From: Octopus sinensis
Taxonomy: Eukaryota
Direction of reading: 5' to 3'
DNA length: 64,000 nucleotides
Assembly: GCF_006345805.1 (NCBI RefSeq)
Contig: NC_042997.1
Location: forward strand, 25,234,001 to 25,298,000
The translations under genes were made by a program, and so were the position numbers. Shown here piece after piece: positions 61,743-64,000 of the stretch; the first letter of the stretch is position 1; every line of letters starts with the position of its first letter. The notes beneath the pieces were generated by a model. That model was given only the letters and a program-made list of their open reading frames with translations. It ran no database searches and was not told the DNA's origin.

Positions 61743-63942
61743 TAGTTTTATTTTAATAGCGTGCTTTCACTTCACTACCGAGGGCAGCTCTGTGTGCCTT
61801 GGGTGTGTGCTGTGATGTGTTGTGATGCTCTGATGGTTACTGTATTGAAAGTGTTCTGCGTAGGATGTGTGCAGTGTCTAGTAGTGCAATTTTCTGTATG
61901 TTATATGTGTTTGTAAGTCCTGGTGTTTTTGTTATGTATTTGTCTGAATATTTTTTTATCATGCCTAATGCACCTACTATGATAGGAATTGTTTCTGTTT
62001 TCAGGTTCCGCATTCTAATTATCTCTATTCCCAGGTCTTTGTATTTTGAGAGTTTCTCCATTTCTTTTAGAGACTCGTTGTCATCTGCCGGTATTGATAC
62101 ATCAATTAGAAAGCATTCTTTTCTTCATGATCTCTAACAACTATATTTGGTCTGTTGGCCTTAATTTCTCAGTCTGTATGTATTGGCATATCCCAGAGTA
62201 TGGTTGCTTTCTCTTTTCCTGTGACCTTTTCTGGTGTGTGCCTATACCATCTTTTTTCTGTTGTTATTCCATAATGTTGGCATAGCTTCCAATGTATGTA
62301 GGTCCCAAATCTGTCGTGTCTGTGAATACATTCCTTCTTAGCCAGGATTGGGCAGTCAGAGATTATATGATATATTGTTTCTTGTCCATCTCCACCTATT
62401 CTGCAATTACTTGTTATATTTCATTTCATTACATGTTTTTGGTAATTTCTAGTGGGGAGGCTTTGGTCTTGTGCTGCAATTAGAATCCCTCTGTCTCTGC
62501 TTTGAGTCCTGAGCTTCTCAACCATTGCTGGGATTTTTATATGTCTATTTCTTTTGCATTTAGTTTACTCCACTATTTGCCATGAAGGGGTTTTTCTTTC
62601 CATCGTTTTATCATGGTCCGTTGCTGTTCTAGTTTTAGTTTGGATTTCATTTGTTTTATAGTTTTTGTTGTTTCTTCTTCTTCTTCTTCTTCTTCTTCTT
62701 CTTCTTCTTCTTCTTCTTTTCTTCTTTTCTTCTTCTTCTTCTTCTTCTTTTCTCTTCTTCTTCTTCTTCTTCTTCTCTTCTTCTTCTTCTTCTTCTTCTT
62801 TATATTTTTTAGGTGGTATGATTTCTTGTTTGTATTTGTCAGCTTCCTTAAATACTGAGAACAGTTTTTTGTTTTGCTCGTGTTTTGCCGCTATTTGTAT
62901 CAGTTTTCCTTCCTTCTGAAGTAGATATTTTTGCAGTCCTATGGTGGTTATTTTATAGTAGTTTTCCAGCTGTATAAGGCCTCTACCACCTTCTATACGT
63001 TGTATATATAGCTTTTCTATGTCAGATTTTGGGTGATGCATCCTGGATCCTGTCATTATTTTTCTTGTTTTCCTATCTATTTTGGTCAGTTCATTTAGTG
63101 TTCAGTTAAGGATATTGTAGCTGTAACTTATAGCTGGGACGTCTGAAGTTTTAATACCTATTATCTTGTTTTTAGCATTTAGCTCTGTTTTTAGTATTGA
63201 TCTAACTCGTCTATAATATTCTTTTTTTATTTTCTCTTTCATTTGTGTGTTGTGTCTTATCTAGTTCATGGATTCCTAAGTATTTGTAAGTTTGGCTTTG
63301 ATCTAATTCTCTTATTTCATTGGTTTTATCTAGTGTGATGTTGCTACTCTTAACTAGTTTTCCCCTTTTCAGGGTTACTTTGGCGCATTTTTCTAATCCA
63401 AATTTCATATATATTTCTTTGGTAAATCCATGAACTGTCTTTAGTAGTGTTTCCAGCTGTTTGTCATTTGTAGCGTATAGTTTTAGGTCATCCATATATA
63501 AAAGGTGGCTGATCGTTTTGCCGTAACATTTATATCCGCATCCAGTTCTATTTAGCATAGAGGTGACAGTACCAAGCAGAATAGGAGTGGAGAGAGCGTG
63601 TCTCCCTGGAATATTCCTCTTCTAATGGGGATGTCTTTGGTCTTCACGAGTTCCTCTTTTCTTTGGAGCTGTAGCATTGTCTGTCATTTATTCATAGAGT
63701 GTCCTATGTATTTTATAATTGTTGTTGCTACTTTGTTTATAGCTAGTGTTTCGAGGATCCATGTGTGGGGGATGCTGTTAAACGCGTTTCTGTAGTCGAT
63801 CCAGGCCATACTGAGGCCTTTCTTCTTTCTATGGCTGTCTTCAGTTATGGCTTTATTGATCATTAGTTGATCTTTACAGCCATATGCGGCATCCTTTCTG
63901 CTTTTCTGGAAACAGGTGGTTTTCGTCCAGGTGCTTGTTCAA
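61740..63942 (-). pseudogene. 5'-truncated R4/Dong-type non-LTR retrotransposon (RT, CCHC finger, RLE) with stops and frameshifts
   Basis: QKGCR, CKDQLMINK, MAWIDYRNAFNSIPH, RRGIFQGDTLS, HLLYMDDLKLY, KFGLEKC, YKYLGI, GGRGLIQLE, CRIG...ETIYHIISDC, RHD, ILWD, RPNIVV, IDVSIP, EKLSKYKDL; (TAA)n on both flanks. Confidence 0.95.
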
Positions 63943-64000
63943 TCTTTGAACAAGCACCTGGACGATAATAATAATAATAATATTAGTATTTTTAAATATT

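Overview
AT-rich eukaryotic DNA dominated by repeats, with one 100-N scaffold gap. The SINE families and microsatellite load look like an octopus/cephalopod genome (inference from recalled repeat families, not a search). No intact protein-coding gene, tRNA, rRNA or CRISPR array can be supported, and almost every ORF in the track is translated microsatellite or SINE. Supported content: (1) many tRNA-derived SINEs (families labelled A, B, H1 and H2 here), several with clear target-site duplications; (2) decayed R4/Dong-type RT-RLE LINEs sitting in (TAA)n; (3) a Tx1/L1-like 3' end in (GATA)n and a probable ORF1 remnant; (4) two dead mariner elements, one complete and one partial non-autonomous Helitron, MITEs and a 1.4-kb foldback; (5) Penelope-like (PLE) remnants. 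The most notable signals are several distinct hammerhead-ribozyme motifs in short (TA)n-embedded elements, two of which form near-perfect hairpins whose symmetry axis lies immediately 5' of the ribozyme core. Also notable are a ~550-nt non-coding (TAA)n-specific retroposon with no tRNA head, combinatorial head/tail swapping among SINEs, and a locally templated insertion. A few low-confidence candidate exons lie in the unique stretches.
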